DNA of 32,386 nt from Ilumatobacteraceae bacterium (GCA_049424465.1 JBMSSR010000001.1:1-32386), one strand, 5' to 3'; positions 22,784 through 32,001 are shown, counted from the first letter of the stretch. The notes: a model not told the origin generated them from the letters alone. Numbers and translations are program-made.

Positions 22784-23965
22784 TCAGACGGTGCGGACGA
22801 CGAGGGCGTCGCCCTGGCCGCCACCGCCGCACAGCGCAGCAGCACCGACGCCGCCACCGCGGCGCTGCAGTTCGAGCAGCAGGGTGAGTGCCAGGCGGTT
22901 GCCGCTCATGCCGATCGGGTGACCGAGCGCGATCGCACCACCGTTCACGTTGACGACCTCGTCGCTGATGCCGAGCTCGCGCATCGACGCGAGACCGACG
23001 GCGGCGAATGCCTCGTTGATCTCGAACAGGTCGACGTCGCCGACGGCCATGCCCGCTCGGGCGAGAGCGGCGTTGATGGCGCGGCTCGGTTGGTGCAGCA
23101 GCGACGCGTTGTCGGGTCCGGCAACCATGCCGTAGGACACGAACTGCCCGAGTGGCGTCACGCCTCGTGCGGCGACAGCACGCTCGCTCATCAGCACCAC
23201 GGCCGAGCCACCATCGCTGATCTGTGACGCGTTGGCGGCAGTGATGGTGCCCTCCTTCTCGAACGCCGGCTTGAGCGTCGCGAGCGTGTCCATGGTGGTG
23301 TTGGCGCGGACGCCCTCGTCGGTGTCGACGACGACGGCGTCACCCTTTCGCTGGGGGATGGTGACGGGCACGATCTCGTCGCGGAAGCGGCCGGACGCGA
23401 TGGCATCGGCCGCCCGTCGGTTGCTCTTCATCGCCATGTCGTCCTGTTGCTCGCGCGAGATGCCACCGGCCGAATAGCGCTCGGTGCTCGCACCCATCAG
23501 GCACGCGTCGAACGCGCACCACAGACCGTCCTTCACGATCGCATCCGCGAGCTCGGTGTTGCCGTAGCGGAAGCCACCGCGTGCGCCCGCAGCGAGGTAC
23601 GGCGCGTTGGTCATGCTCTCCATGCCGCCGGCGACGACGATGTCGGCATCGCCCGCCATGATCATCTGGTTGGCGAGGTAGATGCTGTTGAGACCGCTGA
23701 GGCACACCTTGTTGATGTTGACCGACGGGACGTGCAGCGGAATGCCGGCGTTGGCGGCCGCCTGTCGGGCGGGCACCTGACCCTGTCCGGCCATCAGGAC
23801 CTGACCCATGATCACGTGCTCGACCTCGTGCGGCGCGACGCCCGCGCGCTGGAGTGCGGCAGCGATCGCCATGCCACCGAGGTCGGCGCCGCTGAACTGG
23901 GCGAGCGCGCCACTCATCTTGCCGATCGGCGTGCGGGCACCCGCCACGATGTACGAACCGGACAT
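22784..23965 (-). CDS. acetyl-CoA C-acetyltransferase (thiolase II)
   Basis: Start MSGSYIVAGARTPIGK (ATG 23965, GGAGG SD 7 nt upstream). Thiolase motifs: NKVCLSGLNSI, NVNGGAIALGHPIGMSG, ALCGGGGQG. Confidence 0.93.
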   Translation of the reverse strand: MSGSYIVAGARTPIGKMSGALAQFSGADLGGMAIAAALQRAGVAPHEVEHVIMGQVLMAGQGQVPARQAAANAGIPLHVPSVNINKVCLSGLNSIYLANQMIMAGDADIVVAGGMESMTNAPYLAAGARGGFRYGNTELADAIVKDGLWCAFDACLMGASTERYSAGGISREQQDDMAMKSNRRAADAIASGRFRDEIVPVTIPQRKGDAVVVDTDEGVRANTTMDTLATLKPAFEKEGTITAANASQISDGGSAVVLMSERAVAARGVTPLGQFVSYGMVAGPDNASLLHQPSRAINAALARAGMAVGDVDLFEINEAFAAVGLASMRELGISDEVVNVNGGAIALGHPIGMSGNRLALTLLLELQRRGGGVGAAALCGGGGQGDALVVRTV

Positions 23966-24059
23966 GTCGAACCTCCACCGGCCGTGGCTCTCGCAGTGGC
24001 CACGCCGCATCGAAGCGTATGCCGTCGGCGCAACCGCGGCGGAATGGTAGAGAGAGGGA

Positions 24060-25280
24060 GTGCCCGCCTACGACGATCCCGCCGTCGTCCGGCGCGCCCA
24101 GCGGCTCGAGATCGCCCGGTCGGTCCCCATGGGCCTGTTGGCCCCGATGGAGGCCACCATCCTGCTCACCATCGCGATCAAGCACTTCGACGCATCGTGG
24201 TGGGTGAAGTGGCTCGTCGCCGGGGCGGGCGGGATCGGGCTGGTCGTGGCGCCCTGGGCGACGTCGGTGGCGCGCAAGTGGGGGCGTCCGGCGATGCTGC
24301 CCACCGCGCTGGTGTCGGTGGTGATCGGTCTCGGCCTGTTCGTGGCGGCCACCGGCACCATCACTGCATTCGTCCTCGGCACGATCGCCGCGACCGTGGC
24401 GCTCAATCTCGTCTTCCCGCTCATCACCACCACGTACTCGCAGGTGTTCCCGCCCGCCGAGGTCGGTCGCCGCGTCGGCTGGGGAATGTCGACGAAGGTG
24501 TTGTTCTCCGGTGTGTTCGGCATCGCGGTCGGCGAGTTCCTCACCGATCGCATCGACCTGTGGTGGGTGGTCGTCGTCGCGGCGGGAGTGCTGGCACTCG
24601 TCATGGCCGCTGTCGAGCTGCGCATGCCCAGCGAGCCGATCCCGCTCGTCGCCGGCGGGCGCACCTCGGGCCGGCCCCACTTCCACCTGATGGCCGAGGA
24701 CCGCCGGTTGCGGCTCACGATCAGCGCGTGGATGTTGATGGGCTTCGGCAACCTCATGCTGTTGCCGCTCCGCGTCGAGTACCTCGCCCAGCCGCGCTAC
24801 GGCATCGATGCCAGCCCGGCCAAGATCCTCGTGCTGACCGCCGTGGTGCCGGCGGCCGTCCGGTTGCTCACCATGCCGGTGTTCGGCCAGCTCTTCGACC
24901 GCATCAACTTCTTCGCCGGTCGCATCCTCGTCAATGTGCTCTTCGCGCTCTACATCGGCGCGTTCTTCACCGGCACCAACGACATCGGGCTCACCGTCGG
25001 CGCAGTGTTGTTCGGCGTGGCGAGTGCCGGTGGCGACATCATGTGGACACTCTGGGTCGTCAAGTTCGCACCGCCCGATCGCACGGCCGACTACATGGGC
25101 CTGCACACGTTCTTCACCGGTGTCAGGGTGTTCTTCGCGCCGTTGCTGGCGTTCGCGATCGTGGGCCACGTCTCACTGGTGTGGATCGCGGTGATCTCGT
25201 CGTTGCTCATCGTCGCGGCGTCGGTCCTGCTGGTTCCCGACTACCGGCTCGAGCGCGCCTCGCGGGCGGCTGCGCCGTAG
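24060..25280 (+). CDS. MFS transporter
   Basis: 406 aa, about 12 hydrophobic helices in a 6+6 arrangement with a central loop (RMPSEPIPLVAGGRTSGRPHF). GTG start; the exact start is uncertain. Confidence 0.75.
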   Translation: MPAYDDPAVVRRAQRLEIARSVPMGLLAPMEATILLTIAIKHFDASWWVKWLVAGAGGIGLVVAPWATSVARKWGRPAMLPTALVSVVIGLGLFVAATGTITAFVLGTIAATVALNLVFPLITTTYSQVFPPAEVGRRVGWGMSTKVLFSGVFGIAVGEFLTDRIDLWWVVVVAAGVLALVMAAVELRMPSEPIPLVAGGRTSGRPHFHLMAEDRRLRLTISAWMLMGFGNLMLLPLRVEYLAQPRYGIDASPAKILVLTAVVPAAVRLLTMPVFGQLFDRINFFAGRILVNVLFALYIGAFFTGTNDIGLTVGAVLFGVASAGGDIMWTLWVVKFAPPDRTADYMGLHTFFTGVRVFFAPLLAFAIVGHVSLVWIAVISSLLIVAASVLLVPDYRLERASRAAAP

Positions 25281-25287
25281 CGACGCG

Positions 25288-26847
25288 TCAGGGCACCGGC
25301 ACCGTGGCGGTGCGGCAGCCGAGACCGGGACCGGTCGAGCCGCCCCACTGCACCAGTGACGCACACACGTTCCAGGTGCCCTCGGTCAGCGAGAACGTGG
25401 TCGACCACCCGTGGAACGGCCCAATGCCAGCGGGCACCGTCGAGACCGACCGCCGGGCGAGCACGGTGCGGACGAGCGCCGGTGTGGTGGCACCGCTGCG
25501 TGTGACGGTGAGGCGCACCGGTACGGGGAGGTCGAACTCGGGGTCGTAGGCGGTGCCGCTGAACGTTGCCGACGCGGGGGCTGCGCCGGTGGCGACGGTC
25601 AGTGAGGTGATCGACCCGGTGGGGACGCCGTTGGGCCGCTGCGCATCGACACCGCCCAGCAACTCGTACACGTCGGCGGTCTCGTAGCCGATCGCCCAGA
25701 CGGCGATGCCGCTCCACCCGGCTGCGAGCGCTCCCTCGGCCCGTTCGCGAATGGTGAGCGCATCGGGCACGAACACCGTGTGCTGCACCGTGCACGACGC
25801 GGGTGGATCGGGAGGGTCGAGGCGTACGGCGGGCTGCAGCCCCGTCATGGTGACCGGTTCGCCGATGCGGTCGATGATGACTGCGGTCGCGACGTTCGGC
25901 GCGGCGACCGCGACCGTGCCGCTCACCACCTCGGTCCACGCGAAGGTGAGCTCGCCGGACACGTCGCGCACGGGCTCGAGGCTGACCGACGCGGCGAGTG
26001 GCGCGGTCTCGCGCATCGTGATGCTGTCGCGGTACGTGGCGCCGGTCGGGCACGTCTGGTCGGCGTACTTCTTGGTCGCCCAGTGCCGCCCGTAGGCGGG
26101 CACACCGAGCTGCAGCTTCGAGACCGGGACGCGGGCCGAGCTCCACGCGATGACCGAGTCGACCCACCAACCGGGAGCGATCGGGCCGGGCGCCGAGGTG
26201 CTCCAGTCGTAGACCATGACGCGGAGCCGGTCGATGTGCGGGGCGATCTCCTGCTGGGCGTAGACCGTGTAGCCGGACGTCGTCGTACTGGTCGTCCACA
26301 CCGGTGGCACGGTCACCGACAGCAGCTTGCCGCGTGCATGCAGCAGCGAGCCCAGCTCGGAGACGAACGAGATCCAGTCGGGTCGGATCGAGTCCCACGC
26401 GGCCCGGCCGTCGCCGAAGGCGAACACCTCGTAGTCGAGGTCGATGCCGTCGTAGCCCTGCGACATCACCAGGTTGACGATGTTCTGCTCGTGCTGGGCG
26501 CGCCGGTACGGGTCGTCGAGGATGCCGCGCATCACGCCGGCGGCCTGTCCGTCGAAGATCGACGGTACGACCGGCAGCCCCTGAGCCCGGACGCTGGCCA
26601 CTGCGGCATCGATGTTGGTCTGCGAGGTCGACGGGTCGACGGTCGTGTCGTCGTCGGTGCCGTAGAGCATCAGCGACACCTCGGCGAACAGACTGGCGGC
26701 ACCGTCGTCGTCGATCACCGCCCTGCCGTTGGTGATACCCCACGACGGGATCCACCCCGTGACGAACCGGTTCGGGTCGCACGCGCTGAGCACCAGCGCC
26801 GCGAGCGCGACCCCAGCCACACGCTGGGCGAGCGGTCGTCGGCGCAT
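25288..26847 (-). CDS. glycoside hydrolase family 18 lipoprotein with C-terminal Ig-like domain
   Basis: Lipobox LVLSAC. GH18 catalytic motif YDGIDLDYE (DxxDxDxE). Barrel end AVWAIGYE, followed by a beta-rich tail of about 130 aa. Confidence 0.85.
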   Translation of the reverse strand: MRRRPLAQRVAGVALAALVLSACDPNRFVTGWIPSWGITNGRAVIDDDGAASLFAEVSLMLYGTDDDTTVDPSTSQTNIDAAVASVRAQGLPVVPSIFDGQAAGVMRGILDDPYRRAQHEQNIVNLVMSQGYDGIDLDYEVFAFGDGRAAWDSIRPDWISFVSELGSLLHARGKLLSVTVPPVWTTSTTTSGYTVYAQQEIAPHIDRLRVMVYDWSTSAPGPIAPGWWVDSVIAWSSARVPVSKLQLGVPAYGRHWATKKYADQTCPTGATYRDSITMRETAPLAASVSLEPVRDVSGELTFAWTEVVSGTVAVAAPNVATAVIIDRIGEPVTMTGLQPAVRLDPPDPPASCTVQHTVFVPDALTIRERAEGALAAGWSGIAVWAIGYETADVYELLGGVDAQRPNGVPTGSITSLTVATGAAPASATFSGTAYDPEFDLPVPVRLTVTRSGATTPALVRTVLARRSVSTVPAGIGPFHGWSTTFSLTEGTWNVCASLVQWGGSTGPGLGCRTATVPVP

Positions 26848-26860
26848 GTGCCGAGGCTAG

Positions 26861-27874
26861 TTGCGTGGGCTGCCTCGGTCCCGTCGTGGCCGAGTGAGTA
26901 CCGTGGGCCTCGATGCGGCGATGAGCACGACCGACTCGACGACTCGCTCGGCGACAGGCGTCTTCGGGCGCGCCTCGTCGAGCTCGATCGGCATCATGGC
27001 GGTGCTCGGCTCGACGGTGTTCTGGGGCATCGGCAGCTCGTTCGGCGCGCGGGCGCACCTTCCGGGCGTCGTGCTCTCGTTCTGGCGCATGTGGATCGCC
27101 GCCGCGATGATCTCGCTGCTCACGGTGGTCACCCGCCGGTGGCCGTCGTGGGCCGACTTCCGCCACTCGATCCCGATGGGTGTGCTGTTCGGCCTCAACA
27201 TCTGTGCGTTCTTCATCACGATCGAATACATCTCGATCTCGGTGGCGCTCATCATCGGCTCGCTCACGTCGGTGGTGGCTCTGCCGATCGCGGTCATCTT
27301 CATGGGCGAGCGGCTGAATGCCACCAAGGTGATCTGCGCGGTCGTCGCCGTGGCCGGTGTGGTGGGTGCGGTACTCAGCGCGCCGAGCAGCTCGTCGCCG
27401 GGCGATGCCGCCCTCGGGTACGTGTGGGCAGTGATCTCACTGGTCGCATGGACGACCTACCTGCTGGCCAGCAAGGTCGTGCGCCGGTCGGTCGAGACCA
27501 CGCGACTGATGATGTGCTCGACGGTCATCGGCAGCATCACGGTGTCGGTCATCGTCCCGTTCGTGCACGCCGACATCGGCATGATGACCGGCACGCGGTG
27601 GGTCTGGGTCTCGCTGCTGGCGCTGGTGCCCGGCCTGCTCGGCCACAGCCTGTTCGCGTGGGCACAACCACGCGTCGACGCCAGTGTCTCGTCGGTGCTC
27701 ATCCAGGGCGAGCCGGTCCTCGCCAGCGTGTCGGCGTGGCTGCTGCTCGGCCAGCAGGTCTCGCTGCTGCAGATGCTGTCGATGGGCGTCGTGGTGGGTG
27801 CGCTGGCGGTGTTGGCGTGGCGCGAGTCGCGCGAACCGAACGCGCTGTTGCCCGACGACGATCCGCGGGTCTGA
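26861..27874 (+). CDS. EamA/DMT family transporter
   Basis: Ten predicted TM helices in two EamA-like repeats. TTG start at 26861; ATG 26921 is an alternative. Confidence 0.78.
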   Translation: MRGLPRSRRGRVSTVGLDAAMSTTDSTTRSATGVFGRASSSSIGIMAVLGSTVFWGIGSSFGARAHLPGVVLSFWRMWIAAAMISLLTVVTRRWPSWADFRHSIPMGVLFGLNICAFFITIEYISISVALIIGSLTSVVALPIAVIFMGERLNATKVICAVVAVAGVVGAVLSAPSSSSPGDAALGYVWAVISLVAWTTYLLASKVVRRSVETTRLMMCSTVIGSITVSVIVPFVHADIGMMTGTRWVWVSLLALVPGLLGHSLFAWAQPRVDASVSSVLIQGEPVLASVSAWLLLGQQVSLLQMLSMGVVVGALAVLAWRESREPNALLPDDDPRV

Positions 27875-27927
27875 CGCAGTCGCAGCGGCGCAGTCGCAGC
27901 GCCGTCCGCGCAGCACCGACGCAGTGC

Positions 27928-28635
27928 CTAGGACTGCTCGATGGTGATCGAGGTGATGTCGATCGGCTCGAGCGGCGGGCCGTCGTTGGGGTTGGCCAGC
28001 GCGTCGAGTGCCGCCACGATGCCCAGGTCGTCGTCGTCGACCTGGCCGAACAGCGTGTAGGCCGCGGGCAGGGCGGCACCGTTGTCGCCGGTGATGATGA
28101 AGAACTGGCTGCCGTTCGTGCCGGGGCCGGCGTTGGCCATCGCCACCGACCCGATGCGGTAGCCGTCGAACTTGTCGAGTTCGTCGGCGAACTCGTAGCC
28201 CGGACCACCCGTGCCGGTCGCAGTGGGGTCACCGCACTGCACGACGAAGTACTGGATGGCCCGGTGGCAGGTCGTCGTGTCGAAGTAGTGGTAGCGGGCG
28301 AGGTTGACGAAGCTGTTGACCGTGAGCGGCGCGATCTCGGGTCGCAGGCGCACGTGAAGGGTGCCGTGGTTGGTCACGATGACCGCGACGTACGTGGAAC
28401 CGTCCTCGAGACACATCGGCGGGTACTCGGTGAACGTCTGCTGCGCGGCGCTGCTGCCGTCGGCGGCGGCACACCCGGCCGGCAGCGAGGCGGTGGGCGC
28501 AGTCGAGGCCGAGCCTGCCGCAGTCCCGGGTGTCGCATCGCCGCACGCCGTCGCGACGAGGCCGGTGGCGGCGATCAGGAGGGCGCCGAGCAGCGGCCGG
28601 CGACGAGTGGGGAGCAGCGATCGGAGCGGAGCCAT
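27928..28635 (-). CDS. cyclophilin-type peptidyl-prolyl cis-trans isomerase, lipoprotein
   Basis: Start MAPLRSLL (ATG 28635; alternative ATG 28653). Lipobox LVATAC. Cyclophilin motifs: FHRAIQYFVVQCGDP-type (CHRAIQYFVVQCGDPTATGTGGPGY) and MANAGPGTNGSQFFI. Confidence 0.88.
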   Translation of the reverse strand: MAPLRSLLPTRRRPLLGALLIAATGLVATACGDATPGTAAGSASTAPTASLPAGCAAADGSSAAQQTFTEYPPMCLEDGSTYVAVIVTNHGTLHVRLRPEIAPLTVNSFVNLARYHYFDTTTCHRAIQYFVVQCGDPTATGTGGPGYEFADELDKFDGYRIGSVAMANAGPGTNGSQFFIITGDNGAALPAAYTLFGQVDDDDLGIVAALDALANPNDGPPLEPIDITSITIEQS

Positions 28636-28696
28636 TTGGCAACTCTGGCACACGAACCTCGTCGAGGAGGGTTCGCCCTGTGCGAGAGGCCACTAC

Positions 28697-28702
28697 TAGC
28701 GT
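28697..28702 (+). promoter_or_regulatory. -10 box TAGCGT upstream of ccr
   Basis: CTAGCGTCAC, with 7 nt between the hexamer and ATG 28710. No SD. Confidence 0.45.
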
Positions 28703-28709
28703 CACACGG

Positions 28710-30041
28710 ATGCAGCAGATCCTCGAGGCCATCGAAGCGGGCGCATCGGCCGACGACTTCGCACGACTTCCGGTGCCCGAGTCCTATCGGGCGGCCCACG
28801 TGCGCAAGGCCGACCAGGACATGTGGAAGGGCGTCGCCTCGAGGGACAAGGACCCGCGCCGCAGCCTGCACATCGGTGAGGTGCCGACCCCCGAACTGGC
28901 GCCCGACGAGGCCTACGTCGCAGTGATGGCGAGCAGCATCAACTTCAACACCGTGTGGTCGAGCATCTTCGAGCCCATCAGCACGTTCGGGCCGATGGCA
29001 CGGCTCGCCCGCGAGAGCACGTGGGCGGCACGTCACGACCGCGACTACCAGGTGGTGGGCAGTGATGCCGCCGGCGTGGTGCTGCGGGTCGGCGCAGCGG
29101 TGCGCAACTGGAAGCCGGGCGACCGTGTCACCGTGCACTGCAACCACGTCGACGACCAGGACCCGTCGGCGCACGACGACTCGATGCTGGCGAACAACCA
29201 GCGCATCTGGGGCTACGAGACCAACTTCGGTGGTCTCGCCGACCTCGCGGTCGTCAAGGCCAACCAGCTGATGCCCAAGCCCGCCCACCTGACGTGGGAG
29301 GAATCCGCGGTCAATGCGCTCTGCAACAGCACGAGCTACCGCATGCTCGTCAGCGCCAATGGTGCGCGCATGAAGCAGGGCGACGTCGTGCTCATCTGGG
29401 GTGCCACCGGCGGCATTGGTGCCTATGCGACGCAGTACGTGCTCAACGGCGGCGGCATCCCCGTGTGCGTCGTCAGCTCTCCCGACAAGGCAGCGATCCT
29501 GCGCGAGATGGGCGTCGAGCACATCATCGACCGTTCGGCCGCCGGCTACCGGTTCTGGAAGGACGAGCACACACACGACGAGAGCGAGTGGCGGCGGCTG
29601 GGCAGCGACATCCGCGACCTGTGCGGCGAGGACCCCGACATCGTGTTCGAACATCCCGGTCGATCGACGTTCGCGGCGTCGATGTACGTGGTCAAGCGCG
29701 CCGGCACCGTGGTGACCTGTGCGGCGACGAGCGGCTTCATGCTCGAGTTCGACAACCGGCACTTCTGGATGCGGCTCAAGCGGTTGGTCGGCTCGCACTT
29801 CGCCAACTACAAGGAGGCGTACGAGGCCAACCGCCTGATCGGCAAGGGCATGATCCACCCGGTGCTCAGCCAGGTGTTCCCGCTCGACCAGACGGGCGAG
29901 GCCGCGTACCAGGTGCACCACAACATGCACGAGGGCAAGATCGGCGTGCTGGCACTGGCCCCGACCGAGGGCCTCGGGGTCACCGATCCCGAACTGCGGG
30001 CGAAGGTGGGCGACCACCTGCACCGCTTCCGGCGCGCCTGA
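28710..30041 (+). CDS. ccr: crotonyl-CoA carboxylase/reductase
   Basis: Start MQQILEAIEAG (ATG 28710, TAGCGT box 7 nt upstream). Ccr-typical segments: VAVMASSINFNTVWSSIFEP, QRIWGYETNFGGLA, IWGATGGIGAYATQ, DIVFEHPGRSTF, NRHFWMRLKRLVGSHFANYKEAYEANRLI. Confidence 0.9.
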   Translation: MQQILEAIEAGASADDFARLPVPESYRAAHVRKADQDMWKGVASRDKDPRRSLHIGEVPTPELAPDEAYVAVMASSINFNTVWSSIFEPISTFGPMARLARESTWAARHDRDYQVVGSDAAGVVLRVGAAVRNWKPGDRVTVHCNHVDDQDPSAHDDSMLANNQRIWGYETNFGGLADLAVVKANQLMPKPAHLTWEESAVNALCNSTSYRMLVSANGARMKQGDVVLIWGATGGIGAYATQYVLNGGGIPVCVVSSPDKAAILREMGVEHIIDRSAAGYRFWKDEHTHDESEWRRLGSDIRDLCGEDPDIVFEHPGRSTFAASMYVVKRAGTVVTCAATSGFMLEFDNRHFWMRLKRLVGSHFANYKEAYEANRLIGKGMIHPVLSQVFPLDQTGEAAYQVHHNMHEGKIGVLALAPTEGLGVTDPELRAKVGDHLHRFRRA

Positions 30042-30144
30042 CCTCGGCTCGGCCGTCCCCCTGACGAGGGCGGTCCGCGCCGCGTCGTCGATCGCTGCCG
30101 CCGCGGAGTGGGCGGCTCGCTGACCGATCTGGTTCACTGGCGGC

Positions 30145-30564
30145 ATGCTGCTGACCGAGATCGACCACGTGGCCATTGCCGTCAAGGACCTCGAGGCCGC
30201 GATTGCGTACTACCGCGAGGCGTTCGGTGCCGAGGTGCACCACCGCGAGATCGTCGAGAGCGACGGTGTCGAGGAGGCCCTCGTGAAGGTCGCCGACAGC
30301 TACATCCAGCTGACGGCGGCGACGCGCCCCGACAGCCCCATCGCGAAGTCGATCGAGAAGCGCGGCGAGGGACTGCACCACGTCGGCTACCGCGTCGATG
30401 ACTGCCAGGCAGCGCTCGACGCGATGGTGGCCGCCGGCGCGACGCCGATCGACAAGGCTCCTCGCCCGGGCAGTCGCGGCACCACCGTCGCCTTCATCCA
30501 TCCCAAGGGCAGTTTCGGCACGCTGATCGAACTGGTGCAGGAGAACCCGGGCTCGGGTCACTGA
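30145..30564 (+). CDS. mce: methylmalonyl-CoA epimerase (VOC family)
   Basis: 139 aa: IDHVAIAVKDLEAAIAYYREAFG...EGLHHVGYRVDD...VAFIHPKGSFGTLIELVQ, typical of Mce. Confidence 0.85.
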   Translation: MLLTEIDHVAIAVKDLEAAIAYYREAFGAEVHHREIVESDGVEEALVKVADSYIQLTAATRPDSPIAKSIEKRGEGLHHVGYRVDDCQAALDAMVAAGATPIDKAPRPGSRGTTVAFIHPKGSFGTLIELVQENPGSGH

Positions 30565-30565
30565 C

Positions 30566-30591
30566 GGGGTCGTCGCACACGCGACGCCCTC
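30566..30591. terminator. hairpin between convergent mce and rlmI-like genes (possible bidirectional terminator)
   Basis: GGGGTCGTCGC-acac-GCGACGCCCTC: a 6-bp core stem plus 3-4 outer pairs with one mismatch, 2 nt after the mce stop. No clear U-tract. Confidence 0.35.
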
Positions 30592-30603
30592 ACTCGACCT
30601 GGC

Positions 30604-31794
30604 TCACTCGACCTCGACGACGAGCCCCTTCAGGTACTCGGCCTCGGGGAAGGCGAGGGGCACCGGGTGATCACCCGGCTGGTGGAGGTGGTCGACGATG
30701 CGTGCGGTCCGTCCGGCGTCGACTGCTGCGCCGGCGACGATCTTCTGGAACAGGTCGGCGGTGACCGCGCCGCTGCACGACCACGTCATCAACACGCCAC
30801 CCGGCGCGAGCAGCTTGAGCGCCAGCAGGTTGAGGTCCTTGTAGGCGCGGCTCGCCTTGTCGACCTGTCGGTCGTTGGCGGCGAGCTTGGGCGGGTCGAG
30901 CAGCACGAGGTCGAACTGCCGTGCCCGGTCGCGCAGCCCGCGGAGCGCGGTGAAGGCGTCGGCCTCCATCAGGTCACCGACGTCGACCGAGTTGAGTGCG
31001 CCGCTGCGGCGTGCTGACTCGAGCGCAGGACCGGACGAGTCGATGGACAACACGCTCTGGGCGCCTCTCGCCGCGGCGATGACGCTGAACGCGCCGGTGT
31101 AGCAGAACACGTTGAGCACCCGTCGCTCGTCGGCCCACTGCTCGACGGCACGCCGCGCGGTGCGCTGGTCGAGGTAGAAGCCGGTCTTGTGGCCCGCGGT
31201 GGGGTCGACCGCGAACCGGAAGCCTGCCTCGTGTGCAGCGAGGTCGGGCGATGGCGCGGGGCCGTGCACGGTGCCCACCCGTGGGGGCAGCGACTCGCGC
31301 TCGCGGACGTCGGCGTCGCTGCGCTCGTGCACCGTGCGCACCCCCGGCAGTGCTGCGAGCGCGTCGATGATGACGTCACGCCAGTGGTCGGCACCCGCGG
31401 TGGTCAGCTGGAACACGACGGTGTCGTCGTAGCGATCGGCGACCAGTCCCGGCACACCGTCGGCCTCGCTGAAGACGAGGCGTGCCGAATCGGTGCGCTC
31501 GCGACGCAGCAGCGCCTCGCGCCGACCGGCCGCGGCGGCGATGCGGTCGGCCACGAACGCTGCGTCGACCACCTGATCGGGGTCGAAGGACCACATCCGG
31601 GCGCGGATCTGCGACGCCGGGCTGTAGGCAGCGGTCCCGAGTGGGGTGCCGTCGGCGGCCGTGACGAGCACCGTGGTACCGGGGGACGGCGACCCGTCGA
31701 CCGAGGCCACCGCACCGCTGAAGACCCAGGGGTGACGTCGCTGCAGCGACCGCTCGCGGCCGGGCTGCAGGCGGATCGTGCCGGCGACTCGCAT
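30604..31794 (-). CDS. rlmI: class I SAM-dependent rRNA (cytosine-C5) methyltransferase, RlmI/YwbD-like (PUA + MTase)
   Basis: Start MRVAGTIRLQPGRERSLQRRHPWVFSGAV (ATG 31794, TAGCCT box 7 nt upstream). SAM-binding region VLNVFCYTGAFSV. DLVLLDPP motif. Confidence 0.85.
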   Translation of the reverse strand: MRVAGTIRLQPGRERSLQRRHPWVFSGAVASVDGSPSPGTTVLVTAADGTPLGTAAYSPASQIRARMWSFDPDQVVDAAFVADRIAAAAGRREALLRRERTDSARLVFSEADGVPGLVADRYDDTVVFQLTTAGADHWRDVIIDALAALPGVRTVHERSDADVRERESLPPRVGTVHGPAPSPDLAAHEAGFRFAVDPTAGHKTGFYLDQRTARRAVEQWADERRVLNVFCYTGAFSVIAAARGAQSVLSIDSSGPALESARRSGALNSVDVGDLMEADAFTALRGLRDRARQFDLVLLDPPKLAANDRQVDKASRAYKDLNLLALKLLAPGGVLMTWSCSGAVTADLFQKIVAGAAVDAGRTARIVDHLHQPGDHPVPLAFPEAEYLKGLVVEVE

Positions 31795-31801
31795 GGGCCG
31801 G

Positions 31802-31807
31802 AGGCTA
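31802..31807 (-). promoter_or_regulatory. -10 box TAGCCT upstream of the rlmI-like gene
   Basis: Minus strand: TAGCCT, then 7 nt, then ATG 31794. It is immediately preceded by the 15-nt palindrome GCGACCCCGGGTCGC (31808-31822). Confidence 0.4.
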
Positions 31808-32001
31808 GCGACCCGGGGTCGCAGCGTTCGGCGGCTCACCGCCACCGCTCCCGCCCGTGGTCGAGCGACTTGATCTGAAACTGATGAAAAGATCCTCAAG
31901 GAGAGCCTGACGGGTGACGACAATCTGTGTGCGACCGTCGTGACCTGCTCGGAAACCTCGGCGTTCATCACTATCGGGCACAACATCAGCGGGAGGAACG
32001 C

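Noticed and set aside
22667-23227. ORF starting in the AT-rich island (MFQSHYKCDEHV...), a possible small protein
   Set aside because: After the first ~15 codons it runs antisense through the thiolase gene with a low-complexity Arg/Asp/Gly composition. It has no SD or leaderless -10 on the plus strand.
27876-27903. Tandem 14-mer GCAGTCGCAGCGGC / GCAGTCGCAGCGCC between the convergent EamA and cyclophilin genes
   Set aside because: There are only two copies, no dyad symmetry and no spacer architecture (so not CRISPR-like). It is most simply a slipped-strand duplication in a non-coding gap.
25780-28926. Very long ORFs: 1048 aa (plus) here; 827 aa at 17911-20394 (minus); 596 and 588 aa at 634-2536; 609 and 700 aa at 23340-25549; 641 aa at 25241-27166; 527 aa at 3932-5515; 536 aa at 28575-30185
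   Set aside because: These are shadow frames typical of GC-rich DNA. The translations are Arg/Ala/Gly/Pro/His-rich with no recognisable motifs. They span several genes of opposite orientation and overlap frames that carry clear family signatures.
30589-30614. 12-nt direct repeat CTCACTCGACCT x2 straddling the rlmI-like stop codon
   Set aside because: A small local duplication just beyond or at the 3-prime end. It does not change the reading frame upstream, and I can infer no function.
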